Below the pieces are notes generated by a model. That model was given only the letters and a program-made list of their open reading frames with translations, was not told the DNA's origin and did no database searches. A stretch of DNA of 64,000 nucleotides from an uncultured Candidatus Micrarchaeota archaeon (GTDB lineage: Archaea; Micrarchaeota; Micrarchaeia; Norongarragalinales; CAINOH01), in the NCBI GenBank assembly GCA_903851445.1, contig CAINOH010000023.1, positions 10,518 to 74,517 on the forward strand. Reading direction: 5' to 3'. Shown here in pieces: positions 46,240-55,235 of this stretch (positions are counted from its first letter, which is position 1; each line of letters starts with the position of its first letter). The translations under genes were made by a program, and so were the position numbers.

Positions 46240-47010
46240 ATGATCACTAACGAGGTCAAGGAGGCATTCGTGCTTGACTTGATGAAGAAAAACACGCGAG
46301 TTGACAGCAGGGGAATGCTGGACTACCGCCAGATTTCGGTGCAGAAGGAAGTGTACGAGAACTGCGAAGGCAGCGCCATGGCACAGATAGGCGACACCAA
46401 GGTAATCGCGGGGCTCAAGCTGGACGTTGCAACCCCCTTCGGCGACAGGCCGACGCAGGGAGTCATAATGTTCAACGCCGAGTTCTCGCCAGTTGCGCAC
46501 CCCGACTTCACGGCCGGCCCTCCCGACGAGCGCAGCATCGAGCTTGCCCGGGTTGTTGACCGCGGCATCCGCTCGGCCGAGTGCATCGACCTTGACAAGC
46601 TCTATATGGAGGAAGGCAAGGTGCTCGGAGTCTTCATCGACCTTTTCATAATCGACCACAACGGCAACCTCACTGACGCGGCATACCTTGCTTCGATGGC
46701 AGCGCTTCGAACTGCCAAGATGCCCAAGTACGAGGACGGGAAGCTCATCCGCGAGGAACGCACCGCTCCGCTGCCGGTTGCGCGCGACGTGGTGTCGTGC
46801 ACCTTCGAGAAGGTCGGCGACAAGATATTGCTTGACGCACGCGAGGAGGAGGAAGTGTCCTCGTCCGGACGCGTCACTCTAGCAACCTGCGGGGACGACC
46901 TCTTGTGCGCATCGCAGAAGAGCGGACGCGCCGGCTTTTCCCGCGCAGAGTTCGAAAGTATGATAGACACAGCCCTTGCAAAGCGCAAGGAGCTTCTCAA
47001 ATACATCTAA
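46240..47010 (+). CDS. rrp42: exosome complex subunit Rrp42 (RNase PH-like)
   Basis: 256 aa with R.DSRGMLDYR and an inactive PH-domain partner. It follows rrp41 directly. Confidence 0.85.
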   Translation: MITNEVKEAFVLDLMKKNTRVDSRGMLDYRQISVQKEVYENCEGSAMAQIGDTKVIAGLKLDVATPFGDRPTQGVIMFNAEFSPVAHPDFTAGPPDERSIELARVVDRGIRSAECIDLDKLYMEEGKVLGVFIDLFIIDHNGNLTDAAYLASMAALRTAKMPKYEDGKLIREERTAPLPVARDVVSCTFEKVGDKILLDAREEEEVSSSGRVTLATCGDDLLCASQKSGRAGFSRAEFESMIDTALAKRKELLKYI

Positions 47011-47021
47011 GGGTGTTGGAA

Positions 47022-47264
47022 ATGGGTTCACATTACGGAGTAAAGATACGCAAGCAGGAAAACAAGATCAAGACTGCCATGAAGCAGAAGCACGCTTGCC
47101 CCTCCTGCGGGAAGGCCAAGGTCAAGCGCACCTCAACCGCGCTCTTTAGGTGCGCGTCGTGCAAGACGGTGTTCGCAGGCGGCACGTACACGCCAAAGAC
47201 CAACGTGGGAATCTCGGCTTCAAAACTGCAGACTTCCAAGAAGGAAAAGGCAGCGGAAGAGTAG
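47022..47264 (+). CDS. rpl37ae: 50S ribosomal protein L37Ae
   Basis: 80 aa from the internal ATG, with the zinc ribbon CPSCGKAKVKR...CASCKTVFAGGTY. Confidence 0.88.
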   Translation: MGSHYGVKIRKQENKIKTAMKQKHACPSCGKAKVKRTSTALFRCASCKTVFAGGTYTPKTNVGISASKLQTSKKEKAAEE

Positions 47265-47314
47265 GCAGTATTTTTCCTCTCCCCTTTCAATTCTTTTTTT
47301 GAGGGTTCGTTCTT

Positions 47315-48190
47315 ATGGCAATCGACAGCGGCACAGTCCTGTTTGAGGCTGACTTTACAGGCAGGGCGTTTTCCTATTCGGCAAAGGCAGGTGACAGGGC
47401 CAAGCTCTTCTCGTTGCTGTCTGCTGCACGCAGGGCCATTGCAGAGAACATCTATGACTACGCTCCGATTGACCGCAAGGCAATAGACGCTTATTTTGCA
47501 GGAAAGAAGAAGCCCAAGAACCCGGCTGAACTTGCAGCAATACTCTCTTCGGTGTCGATGTCATCCGTTGAGCGCGACCTGGAAAAGGCGGTCGGGTTCG
47601 AGCCGGTGCCTGCTGACGACCCGCGCAAGGCCAATGCTGAAAAACGCAAAATCGGCTATGCAACAAGCTACTACCTCTATTTGCTATTCAAGTCCGCATT
47701 CGGCGAGGAAGCGCCAAAGCCTGCCGGGACAAACAAGAACCAAATCATACGCCTGGTGTCCAACTCGAGCGAGTGGATGGTCGTAAAGAAGGCCAACGCC
47801 GCAATCGCGACCAAGCCCGAGGCGCTTTCCGCGCTAATCGGCATGCTCTCCACAATCGTCCGCAAGGAAGGCGACGTGCTCTGCAAGGAAGGCGATTTCG
47901 AGGAAGTGTCCGGCGCATTGTTCGGCTCGTTCTTCAAGAGAAAGTCGTATGGAAAGCTGGTTGAGGCCATCAGTTCGGTCGCTGCTGACAAAGTCACAGC
48001 CTGCGCAAAGAACGCGGCAATAGACGACGCTGCTGCACAAGAACTTTTCACTCTCCTTTACCTGAAGGCGTTCTCGCTCTCGGGCTACTCGCCATACCCC
48101 GAGCCGGACCTTCTTGCGGAAACTTACCCGCAGCTCAAGATCCCGAAACCTCGCGGCAACTTCGGCGGCAAGAAAAAGAAGAAGGCGTAG
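47315..48190 (+). CDS. hypothetical protein
   Basis: 291 aa, soluble and helical-looking, with a Lys-rich tail GGKKKKKA. No family recognised. It is co-directional with the superoperon. Confidence 0.55.
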   Translation: MAIDSGTVLFEADFTGRAFSYSAKAGDRAKLFSLLSAARRAIAENIYDYAPIDRKAIDAYFAGKKKPKNPAELAAILSSVSMSSVERDLEKAVGFEPVPADDPRKANAEKRKIGYATSYYLYLLFKSAFGEEAPKPAGTNKNQIIRLVSNSSEWMVVKKANAAIATKPEALSALIGMLSTIVRKEGDVLCKEGDFEEVSGALFGSFFKRKSYGKLVEAISSVAADKVTACAKNAAIDDAAAQELFTLLYLKAFSLSGYSPYPEPDLLAETYPQLKIPKPRGNFGGKKKKKA

Positions 48191-48223
48191 GGAATTTAAC
48201 CTCGGACCAAGACAATTGGATAT

Positions 48224-48814
48224 ATGTCCAAGGAGCCCGGGTTGCACATACTGGTTTACCGCGTCCCGTTACCCCACGATACCGATAGGTATCACATCAA
48301 GCTAGGCACTCGGCAAGATGCGGAAAACGCCAAAGAAAAGCCAGTAATCCGGCATCCCATTCGCATAGTTTCGCCACGGGCGCAGTTGGTTCTTAAAGAG
48401 TATTACAAGAAATCCAGCGCCAATGCAGCAAGCCCTAAGCGACCCGCCTCGGTTGGCATCATCGACTTCCGCTCTTTCTTGCACGACGGAAAGCACATTG
48501 GCTATTCGGACTGGTTTTTTCCAAAGATGATGCTTCCGGAGGCTATGATGGAAAAGACGCGCGGTTCCAGACTGGGCACGGAACTTGAAAGGCTGTGCAC
48601 GCAGCATTTTGCCAAGGACAAAAAAATCACTCATTTTGCAGCTACAGACGCAATAATCGAAGGCCGTGATAAGGGCACTTTAAAACCGGAGAGCATTCCT
48701 GAGGGCGGGCTGACGCGCGCGACACCGGACAGGCTGGGGCAACTTGCGAGGATGCACATCAGCAAGAAAAGAATCGTCCCGGTAAGGGAATGGCTTGGAA
48801 AATTAAAGTCCTGA
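48224..48814 (+). CDS. hypothetical protein
   Basis: 196 aa and soluble. No recognisable motif. Confidence 0.5.
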   Translation: MSKEPGLHILVYRVPLPHDTDRYHIKLGTRQDAENAKEKPVIRHPIRIVSPRAQLVLKEYYKKSSANAASPKRPASVGIIDFRSFLHDGKHIGYSDWFFPKMMLPEAMMEKTRGSRLGTELERLCTQHFAKDKKITHFAATDAIIEGRDKGTLKPESIPEGGLTRATPDRLGQLARMHISKKRIVPVREWLGKLKS

Positions 48815-48848
48815 TTGTAAGGAAACTACCCCTGCCTTACTTGAAAAA

Positions 48849-50165
48849 CTACGCCCCTTCCTCCTCTTCCTGCTTCTGCTTTTGCCACTTGCGGTACTGC
48901 ACGAACCCGTAGACCGCAAGGATGGCCACGAGGAAAAGTATCGGCAGGTCCATCGAACTTGACGTGGTAGCGGCTTTCGGGGTCGCAGTTGTCCCGCAGC
49001 TTGACATCCCGTCCACAATCGCATTGTACTTCAGCTTCGACTGCTGGATTGAAAGGTAGGCCGCCTCGTATTCCGAAGTCAGCGGCGCGGCCTTCATCTC
49101 CATTACCGAGACAACGCTCGACCAAGTAGTGTTAAGCTCGCGCACCTTGGTGCTCACCCCGCACTGGTCGTAAGCTGCCTTGCTTGACTTGTACTCGGTG
49201 AACATGTTGTTAATGTTCGTCTTCAAATCCGTGTCATAGGCCTTTACCGCGTTGGCCTTTGCTATCCGGAAGAGCGTGTTCTCCACGCTGTCGTTGACCT
49301 GGCCTGACTCGAGGCGCTTGAAGTTGTCGTACTCGGGAATTATAGCCTCGCGGTACTGGGTGGAAGAGTAGAACACGTCGGTGCCAAGACCTGTCGAGGA
49401 CACCTTCTGCAAGACAGAGGTCTCGTCGGAGGAGAGCTTGGAGTAGATGTCGCGGTCGGTGAGCTTTTCAGAGAAAGCCTCGTACTTTTCCGAGAATGTG
49501 GCGCACTTTGTGAAGGTCGCGTTGTAGTTTGTCATGTAGTCAAGGTAGCTGTCAACGTCGCCTGTTGTTGAAAAGTAACTTCCTGACTGGCGGGCGTTGT
49601 CTATTTCCTGCGACTTCAGGTCGTCAAGGGTGGCAATCATGCCGTCGGCGCCGTCAATCATCTCCACCAACGAGTCAAAGTAATCGGAGAGCGTCGCATC
49701 GGTGGTGCCCGAAAGGGCGCTGTCGCGAACGGACAGGATGTTCTTTTGCGCAGTCCCAAGCGACAGCTTCGCAGTCTCGACGCCTGTTGAAAGGTCGGAG
49801 TATGAGAGCTTTCGCGGCTTTATGTAATTCGTCTCCCACGCGTACTCGTAGTCAAGAGTGTAAATCTTGGAAAGAACGTCGGTGTTGAGCGTTATGGAAC
49901 CATTGCCCGCATCAGCCACGACCACCTTGCCGTACGAGTGCAGGTAAACGCTTGCGTCGTCCGCCGTAGAATAGTAATAGAGCACCCAGTACTTGGCCCC
50001 ATCAATGGAGACAGGCGTCATTGAAGTGTACGGCGCAAGCTTAGAGGTTGAAGAGGAGAGCACGTAAGGCGTTCCGAAGTCTGCCACGCGGTCCGTTGTT
50101 ATTGCGCAACAGGACGCCGCCAGCACCAAAACCGCCGCAAGGGCAATCGCGTTATATTTTCGCAT
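48849..50165 (-). CDS. secreted, C-terminally anchored surface protein
   Basis: 438 aa from ATG 50165 (MRKYNAIALAAVLVLAASCCA signal). The C-terminus is a Thr/Ser linker plus DLPILFLVAILAVYGFVQYRK. The 115-codon extension in the track overlaps trmJ and was rejected. Confidence 0.65.
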   Translation of the reverse strand: MRKYNAIALAAVLVLAASCCAITTDRVADFGTPYVLSSSTSKLAPYTSMTPVSIDGAKYWVLYYYSTADDASVYLHSYGKVVVADAGNGSITLNTDVLSKIYTLDYEYAWETNYIKPRKLSYSDLSTGVETAKLSLGTAQKNILSVRDSALSGTTDATLSDYFDSLVEMIDGADGMIATLDDLKSQEIDNARQSGSYFSTTGDVDSYLDYMTNYNATFTKCATFSEKYEAFSEKLTDRDIYSKLSSDETSVLQKVSSTGLGTDVFYSSTQYREAIIPEYDNFKRLESGQVNDSVENTLFRIAKANAVKAYDTDLKTNINNMFTEYKSSKAAYDQCGVSTKVRELNTTWSSVVSVMEMKAAPLTSEYEAAYLSIQQSKLKYNAIVDGMSSCGTTATPKAATTSSSMDLPILFLVAILAVYGFVQYRKWQKQKQEEEEGA

Positions 50166-50220
50166 GACTACAAGTATGTGGCTTGGGTTTAAATTAGTTT
50201 GACCGAGGGCTTGCAACGCT

Positions 50221-50952
50221 ATGAAAATCAGGTTTGTACTGGTCCGTCCGGAACACGACATGAACGTGGGCGCGGTTTGCCGCGCAATCAAGAACTTCGG
50301 CTTTGCCGAGCTCTGGCTCGTCGACCCGCAGTGCAAGCTCGGCCTGGAGGCCAAAAAGTACGCCAAGCACTCCGAGGAAGTCCTGCAAAACGCAAGGAAA
50401 GCCGGGAGCTTGAAGGAGGCCGTTGCAGGCTGCGACGCAGCAGTCGGCACCACCGGCGTGCCCGTGCGCTTCCACGGCAGGATATTCAAAAACTGCATCC
50501 CCCTTGACAAGCTCTATGCAAGGATAAAGCCGCTTGAGACAGTGGCTTTGGTGTTCGGGCCTGAAGGCACCGGGCTTTCCGAGGCTGACACGGACTTGTG
50601 CGACCTTGTGATTACAATTCCAACTGCGCCAGCGCACCGCGTGCTCAACCTGTCCCACGCGGTCTGCACCTGCGCCTACCAGCTCTTTTTGGACTCGTGC
50701 AGGGACAGGAAGGCAAAGGACGAAATCGAGTACAGGCGCGCGTCGGAGCACAAGCTTGCGATGCTCGAGGCGCTTTTTGCCGATGCGTTGAAGTCCTCGC
50801 CAACTGTGCGGGACAAGAAGAAGGTCTCAAAGGCGTTCCAGCGGCTTGTGAAGCGCTCGCTCCCGTCCGAGGAGGAGGTTTCCACCCTGCTTTGTGCAAT
50901 AGATTCATTTAATTCCGCTGAGAAATATAGGTCACAGAAGGGGAAATCATGA
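50221..50952 (+). CDS. trmJ: SpoU/TrmH-family RNA 2'-O-methyltransferase, TrmJ-like
   Basis: 243 aa with MKIRFVLVRPEHDMNVGAVCRAIKNFGFAELWLVDP, VFGPEGTGLS and LNLSHAV. Confidence 0.7.
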   Translation: MKIRFVLVRPEHDMNVGAVCRAIKNFGFAELWLVDPQCKLGLEAKKYAKHSEEVLQNARKAGSLKEAVAGCDAAVGTTGVPVRFHGRIFKNCIPLDKLYARIKPLETVALVFGPEGTGLSEADTDLCDLVITIPTAPAHRVLNLSHAVCTCAYQLFLDSCRDRKAKDEIEYRRASEHKLAMLEALFADALKSSPTVRDKKKVSKAFQRLVKRSLPSEEEVSTLLCAIDSFNSAEKYRSQKGKS

Positions 50953-51653
50953 ACCGCGAACAGAAAATCATCGTCGTTTGCGCAATCGCAATAGTCTTCG
51001 CCTACTTCTTGCTCCACCCTCCGAACGTTTCCGCGGCTGACTTTGAGAAGTCGATAAGGGACTCCGGCCCGGCCGGGCCTCTCCTGATTGTCGCAAGCCA
51101 GGTACTTGCATCCGTGTTCGCTCCGATACCGAACAGCCTGCTGACCCTTGCTGCCGGCCGCGTCTACGGCGGGTTCCTTGGCGGACTCTACTCCTACATC
51201 GGCGGCCTGCTCGGCGCTGCGATAACCTTCTGGATTGGACGTGCTCTTGGACGCGAGTTCGTGGCGCGCTTCGTGCACCAGAACGACCTGGAATCAGTTG
51301 ACAAGTTCATAGCAAAGTACGGCGTCTGGACAATCATCGGCGGAAGGCTCCTGCCGTTCATGTCATTTGACGCAATAAGCTACGCAGCCGGGATGACCTC
51401 GATGGACTTTGGAGCGTTCATGCTCGCCTCGGTGTTCGGCACCGCGCCAGGCATCTTTGCCTACGCGTATTTGGGCGAATACTCCCGCGAGCTTGACTTT
51501 GCAACCATAGCAATATTGGCGGTTACGGCAATTTCCCTATTCATCATAGCATCAAAGGCGTATGACTGGCACAAGAAAAGGCAGAATGGAAAAGAACGAG
51601 GAAAGGCAAAAAAGAAAATCCAAAAAACCAAAAGGCAAAAGGCGCGCAAATGA
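50949..51653 (+). CDS. DedA / TVP38-TMEM64 family membrane protein
   Basis: 234 aa with the block ...FAPIPNSLLTLAAGRVYGGFLGGLYSYIGGLLGAAITFWIGRALGREF. It overlaps the trmJ stop as ATGA. Confidence 0.75.
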   Translation: MNREQKIIVVCAIAIVFAYFLLHPPNVSAADFEKSIRDSGPAGPLLIVASQVLASVFAPIPNSLLTLAAGRVYGGFLGGLYSYIGGLLGAAITFWIGRALGREFVARFVHQNDLESVDKFIAKYGVWTIIGGRLLPFMSFDAISYAAGMTSMDFGAFMLASVFGTAPGIFAYAYLGEYSRELDFATIAILAVTAISLFIIASKAYDWHKKRQNGKERGKAKKKIQKTKRQKARK

Positions 51654-52468
51654 CCAAAGTAATTTTCAATGGATTGCTCGTCGACCAGTCCGAGGCGGTG
51701 ATTCCGGCAAGCAACAAGGCCAACTTCTTCGGCTACGGGGTCTACGAGTCGCTTCGCGTGTTCCACGGCAAGCTGTTCTACGCAGAGTGGCACCTTGCAA
51801 GGCTTGCAAGCTCAGCTGAGGCTATCGGGATGGAGCTGCCTTACTCCGCTTCCGAGCTTTTGCGGATGCTTGAAACCGTAATCACCGAAAACAAAATCAC
51901 CGACGCGCTTGTCCGCATCGTCTATTACGGAAAGACTGAAAAGGAAGACGGGATCCTTGTGATGTTCCCGATGGGCTACCACTTTTATCCCGACAAGAAC
52001 TACAGTCAGGGAATGGCCGCAGTAACGCACGTCTGGGACCGCATACTGCCGCCGTCAAAGACCCTGAGCCTGCTTGGAGGGTTCCTGGGACTACGCAAAG
52101 CAACGGAAAAGGGCTGCATCGAGGCAATACTCATCAACTACAAGGGCCAGGCGACCGAGGGCACGCGAAGCAACCTTTTCATCATCGATGCAAAGGGCTG
52201 CACAATTACCGCGCCAAAGGAATCCGTGCTTGAGGGCGTCACGCGAAAAATCATCATGGAAAAGCTCGGCCTGAAAATAAAGGAACACCCAATCACTCCA
52301 GCCGAACTTTTTGCCGCACGCGAAGTGTTCATCACCAGCACCTCGATGGGCGTCATGCCCATAGTGACAATCGACGGCAAGAAAATCAGAGACGGAGCAG
52401 TCGGGCCAGTAACCAAGGAAATCACAACGAAATACGACGCACACCTGAAGGAGTACTGCGGAAGATGA
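51650..52468 (+). CDS. class IV (branched-chain / D-amino-acid) aminotransferase family protein
   Basis: 272 aa with fold-type IV blocks GYGVYESLRV, TEGTRSNLF, GVTR and TSTS.GVMPI. Confidence 0.75.
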   Translation: MTKVIFNGLLVDQSEAVIPASNKANFFGYGVYESLRVFHGKLFYAEWHLARLASSAEAIGMELPYSASELLRMLETVITENKITDALVRIVYYGKTEKEDGILVMFPMGYHFYPDKNYSQGMAAVTHVWDRILPPSKTLSLLGGFLGLRKATEKGCIEAILINYKGQATEGTRSNLFIIDAKGCTITAPKESVLEGVTRKIIMEKLGLKIKEHPITPAELFAAREVFITSTSMGVMPIVTIDGKKIRDGAVGPVTKEITTKYDAHLKEYCGR

Positions 52469-52543
52469 AACGAAAAACCAACTGTTTTGACGGACTCCGC
52501 CCAAGCTCGAAAGCCATTTAAGCCACGTCTTGAAAATACTCTC

Positions 52544-52945
52544 ATGGCGAACGGATTCGCGTATCCGAGTGTTGAACAGATTGAAGAGTTCAACATCTTG
52601 ACGCTTGCAGTAATAAACGCAAAAAAGGCGGACGCCCACAATACCCTCAGCAGGTCAAAAATATTGGAAGCAATAAGGGAATGCTCGGATGCAAAGGGCG
52701 ACGTCCACCAAAAAGCTGCGGCATTAATGAGCGCGTTGGTAAAAAAGCACCCTTTCGCAAGCGGAAACCGAAGAACCGCGTTTATCGCGGCAAAGTCGTT
52801 CACATTGGCAAACGGGGGGCGTTTTCGTGTTCCGGACGAACCGGCAAATGCGAAAGTAATGCGAGGAATAAGGGAAAACTTTTATACGCAAGAAGAAATC
52901 TGCGAGTGGATAAAAAATGGGAAAATCAGGGAATTCACGCGTTAG
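52544..52945 (+). CDS. Doc-like Fido-domain protein (death-on-curing family toxin homologue)
   Basis: 133 aa from ATG 52544 (the track start is TTG at 52487). The Fido motif variant is HPFASGNRRTAF, and the size is typical of Doc. Confidence 0.7.
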   Translation: MANGFAYPSVEQIEEFNILTLAVINAKKADAHNTLSRSKILEAIRECSDAKGDVHQKAAALMSALVKKHPFASGNRRTAFIAAKSFTLANGGRFRVPDEPANAKVMRGIRENFYTQEEICEWIKNGKIREFTR

Positions 52946-53145
52946 GCTAAAGATAGTCTCGGAAGATGTCGAAAACTTCCTCAAGCTCATCGAAGGCCAC
53001 AGGAAACTGCTGTTTGCAATCGGCGAGCTCTGACTGCCAAAACAAAAGTCCCTTTCTCACCCTATTTTTAGATTAGACCAAGTCCTGTTCGGAGGGCTAT
53101 TAAACCATTTTGTACAGAATAATAATCTCTGGTCTACGTTTTAGT

Positions 53146-53218
53146 GCCTTGATAGTGTAGTGGACCAGCATACGGGATTGTCGATCCTGTGACCCGGGTT
53201 CGAATCCCGGTCAAGGCG
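53146..53218 (+). tRNA. tRNA-Asp (GUC)
   Basis: Sequence: GCCTTGATAGTGTAGTGGACCAGCATACGGGATTGTCGATCCTGTGACCCGGGTTCGAATCCCGGTCAAGGCG. The acceptor stem is 7 bp (GCCTTGA/TCAAGGC), the anticodon loop is TTGTCGA and the T-loop is TTCGAAT. No CCA is encoded. Confidence 0.9.
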
Positions 53219-53400
53219 CTTTACCTTTGTCTAGACGCCCTGACGTATAGGCGTCTAGCCAAGGTCTCAACTCCCGACTCAGGACATAGCCCTCTGTCTA
53301 GAATCCCTTTTTCTTGGTAATTCCAGGTACAGTTCGTAACGACACACTGACCGCAATGACCTATTTAAGGCCTGCACCGGCGGCAAAATCAACGAAAAGA

Positions 53401-53919
53401 TTAACGCCTCAGTTTCAAATCAACTTTTTCTTTCCCCGCCAATTCTTGAATTAGAATCTTGAAGGCTTTTGCTTTGTCTCCTTTGGCGCTCTCGACTTGT
53501 TTTAATGCCTTCTTCAATGAGGCAACGCTCATAAGGGCACAAGCCAAACAGTATAGGCTCACGCATTGCCCAGGATTATACTTTGCCAGCATTATCTCAA
53601 GAAGCTGCTTTCTCTCTTCTTGTTCTTTTAAGAATTCCTTAACACCCACGTTCTTGATTTTTTGGATATTAGGAAGGCATTTGCAGTGTGTGACAAAACT
53701 GTCGGCATCAAACCATTTGGCAAACTTCTCGCAGGGGAATTCAGGACAATCCGCACAGGTTTCATAGTTACGTTTCATTGCACAACAACGAAAAATAGGA
53801 CAGTATTGGCAGTGGGCATCCGGCCTACAGCCCAAACAGCGGGATTTTGCCTTGGATTGGAAACGAGGACACAATCCGCAAGATATCCCGCAACAACCAA
53901 TCAAGGCGTGTTTTTTCAT
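53401..53919 (-). CDS. Cys-rich DUF3795-like zinc-binding protein
   Basis: 172 aa with an N-terminal cluster of at least 16 Cys (CCGISCGLCPRF...CLGC...CQYCPIFRCC...CADCPEFPC), as in the DUF3795 family. The gene looks AT-rich by eye. Confidence 0.6.
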   Translation of the reverse strand: MKKHALIGCCGISCGLCPRFQSKAKSRCLGCRPDAHCQYCPIFRCCAMKRNYETCADCPEFPCEKFAKWFDADSFVTHCKCLPNIQKIKNVGVKEFLKEQEERKQLLEIMLAKYNPGQCVSLYCLACALMSVASLKKALKQVESAKGDKAKAFKILIQELAGKEKVDLKLRR

Positions 53920-54035
53920 ACTTCCAATAAGACAGCCTGCTTTAGATTATTTCCGCTTTTAAGTCTGAAGGAAATTGAACATAGATAATACATTTAGTGT
54001 CAAATATGGCAATAAAATGTAGAAAGAGCGTCTAG

Positions 54036-54064
54036 ACGGGTTCTAGTCGTGCGGTCAAGGCGCT
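54036..54064 (+). repeat. degenerate copy 1 of the tRNA-Asp 3' end (att-like)
   Basis: Copy: ACGGGTTCTAGTCGTGCGGTCAAGGCGCT. tRNA: CCGGGTTCGAATCCCGGTCAAGGCGCT. The last 13 nt are identical. GTCTAGAC sits at 54030-54037. Confidence 0.7.
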
Positions 54065-54137
54065 TCTTTTTCCTCTAAATGTTATCACACATTTACCGGC
54101 AATAATGTGTGGTAAAATACCCTCCTTGTTTTGTTTG

Positions 54138-54195
54138 CCGATACTTCTTACATACCGATACTTTTGTATCGGATGGGTTTAAATATCGGTATCGG
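54138..54195 (+). promoter_or_regulatory. promoter/operator candidate of the Fic gene: CCGATAC/GTATCGG repeats around a TTTAAATA box
   Basis: CCGATAC occurs at 54138 and 54155, and its complement GTATCGG at 54166 and 54189. TTTAAATA (54178-54185) lies 15-22 nt upstream of ATG 54200. Confidence 0.45.
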
Positions 54196-54199
54196 CTAA

Positions 54200-55132
54200 A
54201 TGTTTGATATGATTCCGGAGTCCCTTGCGGAAAGGATATTGGAGAAAAAGAGGCGCTTGGACGGCTTGCGGCCGCTGCCAAAACTGGCCTTGCAAAAGCT
54301 CCGCGAGAGGTTCGAGCTGGAGTGGACGTACAACTCCAACGCCATCGAAGGCAACTCCCTTACCCTACGCGAGACCATGCTGGTGCTTAAGGAAGGGATT
54401 ACCATCGGCGGAAAGAGCCTGCGCGAACACCTGGAGGTAACAAACCACAAGGCGGCAATTGACTTTGTCTATTCCCTGATGAAGAAGGAAGCCATCTCGG
54501 AAAATGACATCCTTGAAATCCACGCGCTCATCCTGGACCGGATAGAGCCCCAAAACGCCGGTTTCTACCGCAGGGAGCGAATCAGGATTTCCGGTTCGGA
54601 CTATTCCCCCCCATCACCCGAAAAAGTGCCGAAGCTAATGACCGAATTCGCTGCAACTTTCAAGGCTGAACCTGCAGACCCCCTCCCAACTATCGAGTTC
54701 TCCGCTTTTGTGCATTTCAAGCTTGTTGACACCCACCCATTCATCGATGGGAACGGCAGGACTGCGAGGCTATTGTTGAACCTATTCTTGATGCGCCACG
54801 GGTTTCCGCCGGCAGTCATCCTCAAAAGCGACAGGCCGCGCTATTATGACTCGCTGGATCTCGCCCACAAAGGGAACCTCGGGCCGTTTACCGAACTAGT
54901 AGCCAGGAGCGTGGAACGCTCCCTGGACCTGTACCTTGAAGTGCTTGAAAAGCCCTCGGAAAAAACCGACCTGATATCCTTGGCTGACGCTGCGAAGCTG
55001 ACCCCCTACTCCCAAGAATATCTCAGCTTACTCGCAAGGAAGGGGCGCCTGCACGCACTCAAGAGAAGAAAAGCGTGGGTCACCACAAGAAAGGATGTTG
55101 AAGAATACCTGACCTCTCTTAAAAGAAGGTGA
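54200..55132 (+). CDS. Fic family protein (class II, intramolecular inhibitory helix) with a C-terminal HTH
   Basis: 310 aa with the canonical Fic motif HPFIDGNGRTAR and the Fic_N inhibitory motif SNAIEG. The C-terminal excisionase/MerR-like segment is LISLADAAKLTPYSQEYLSLLARKGRLHALKRRKAWVT. Confidence 0.85.
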   Translation: MFDMIPESLAERILEKKRRLDGLRPLPKLALQKLRERFELEWTYNSNAIEGNSLTLRETMLVLKEGITIGGKSLREHLEVTNHKAAIDFVYSLMKKEAISENDILEIHALILDRIEPQNAGFYRRERIRISGSDYSPPSPEKVPKLMTEFAATFKAEPADPLPTIEFSAFVHFKLVDTHPFIDGNGRTARLLLNLFLMRHGFPPAVILKSDRPRYYDSLDLAHKGNLGPFTELVARSVERSLDLYLEVLEKPSEKTDLISLADAAKLTPYSQEYLSLLARKGRLHALKRRKAWVTTRKDVEEYLTSLKRR

Positions 55133-55192
55133 CTGCGCGCCAGCAAATAGTAGTCACCTAAGACAACGCCCACCGGAAAAACAGGCGTCTAG

Positions 55193-55221
55193 ACGGGCTC
55201 TAGCCGTGCGGTCAAGGCGCT
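55193..55221 (+). repeat. degenerate copy 2 of the tRNA-Asp 3' end (att-like)
   Basis: Copy: ACGGGCTCTAGCCGTGCGGTCAAGGCGCT. GTCTAGAC sits at 55187-55194. The following 45 nt are nearly identical to those after copy 1. Confidence 0.7.
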
Positions 55222-55235
55222 TCTTTTTCCTCTAA

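Noticed and set aside
50166-50510. The 115-codon N-terminal extension of the 48849..50510 ORF.
   Set aside because: It overlaps the trmJ-like gene on the opposite strand. An internal ATG at 50165 gives a textbook signal peptide (MRKYNAIALAAVLVLAASCCA).
52917-53033. A 38-codon ORF (MGKSGNSRVRLKIVSEDVENFLKLIEGHRKLLFAIGEL) overlapping the Doc 3' end, considered as a possible antitoxin.
   Set aside because: I see no ribosome-binding site or promoter, its position downstream of the toxin is unconventional, and it is too short to evaluate without homologues.
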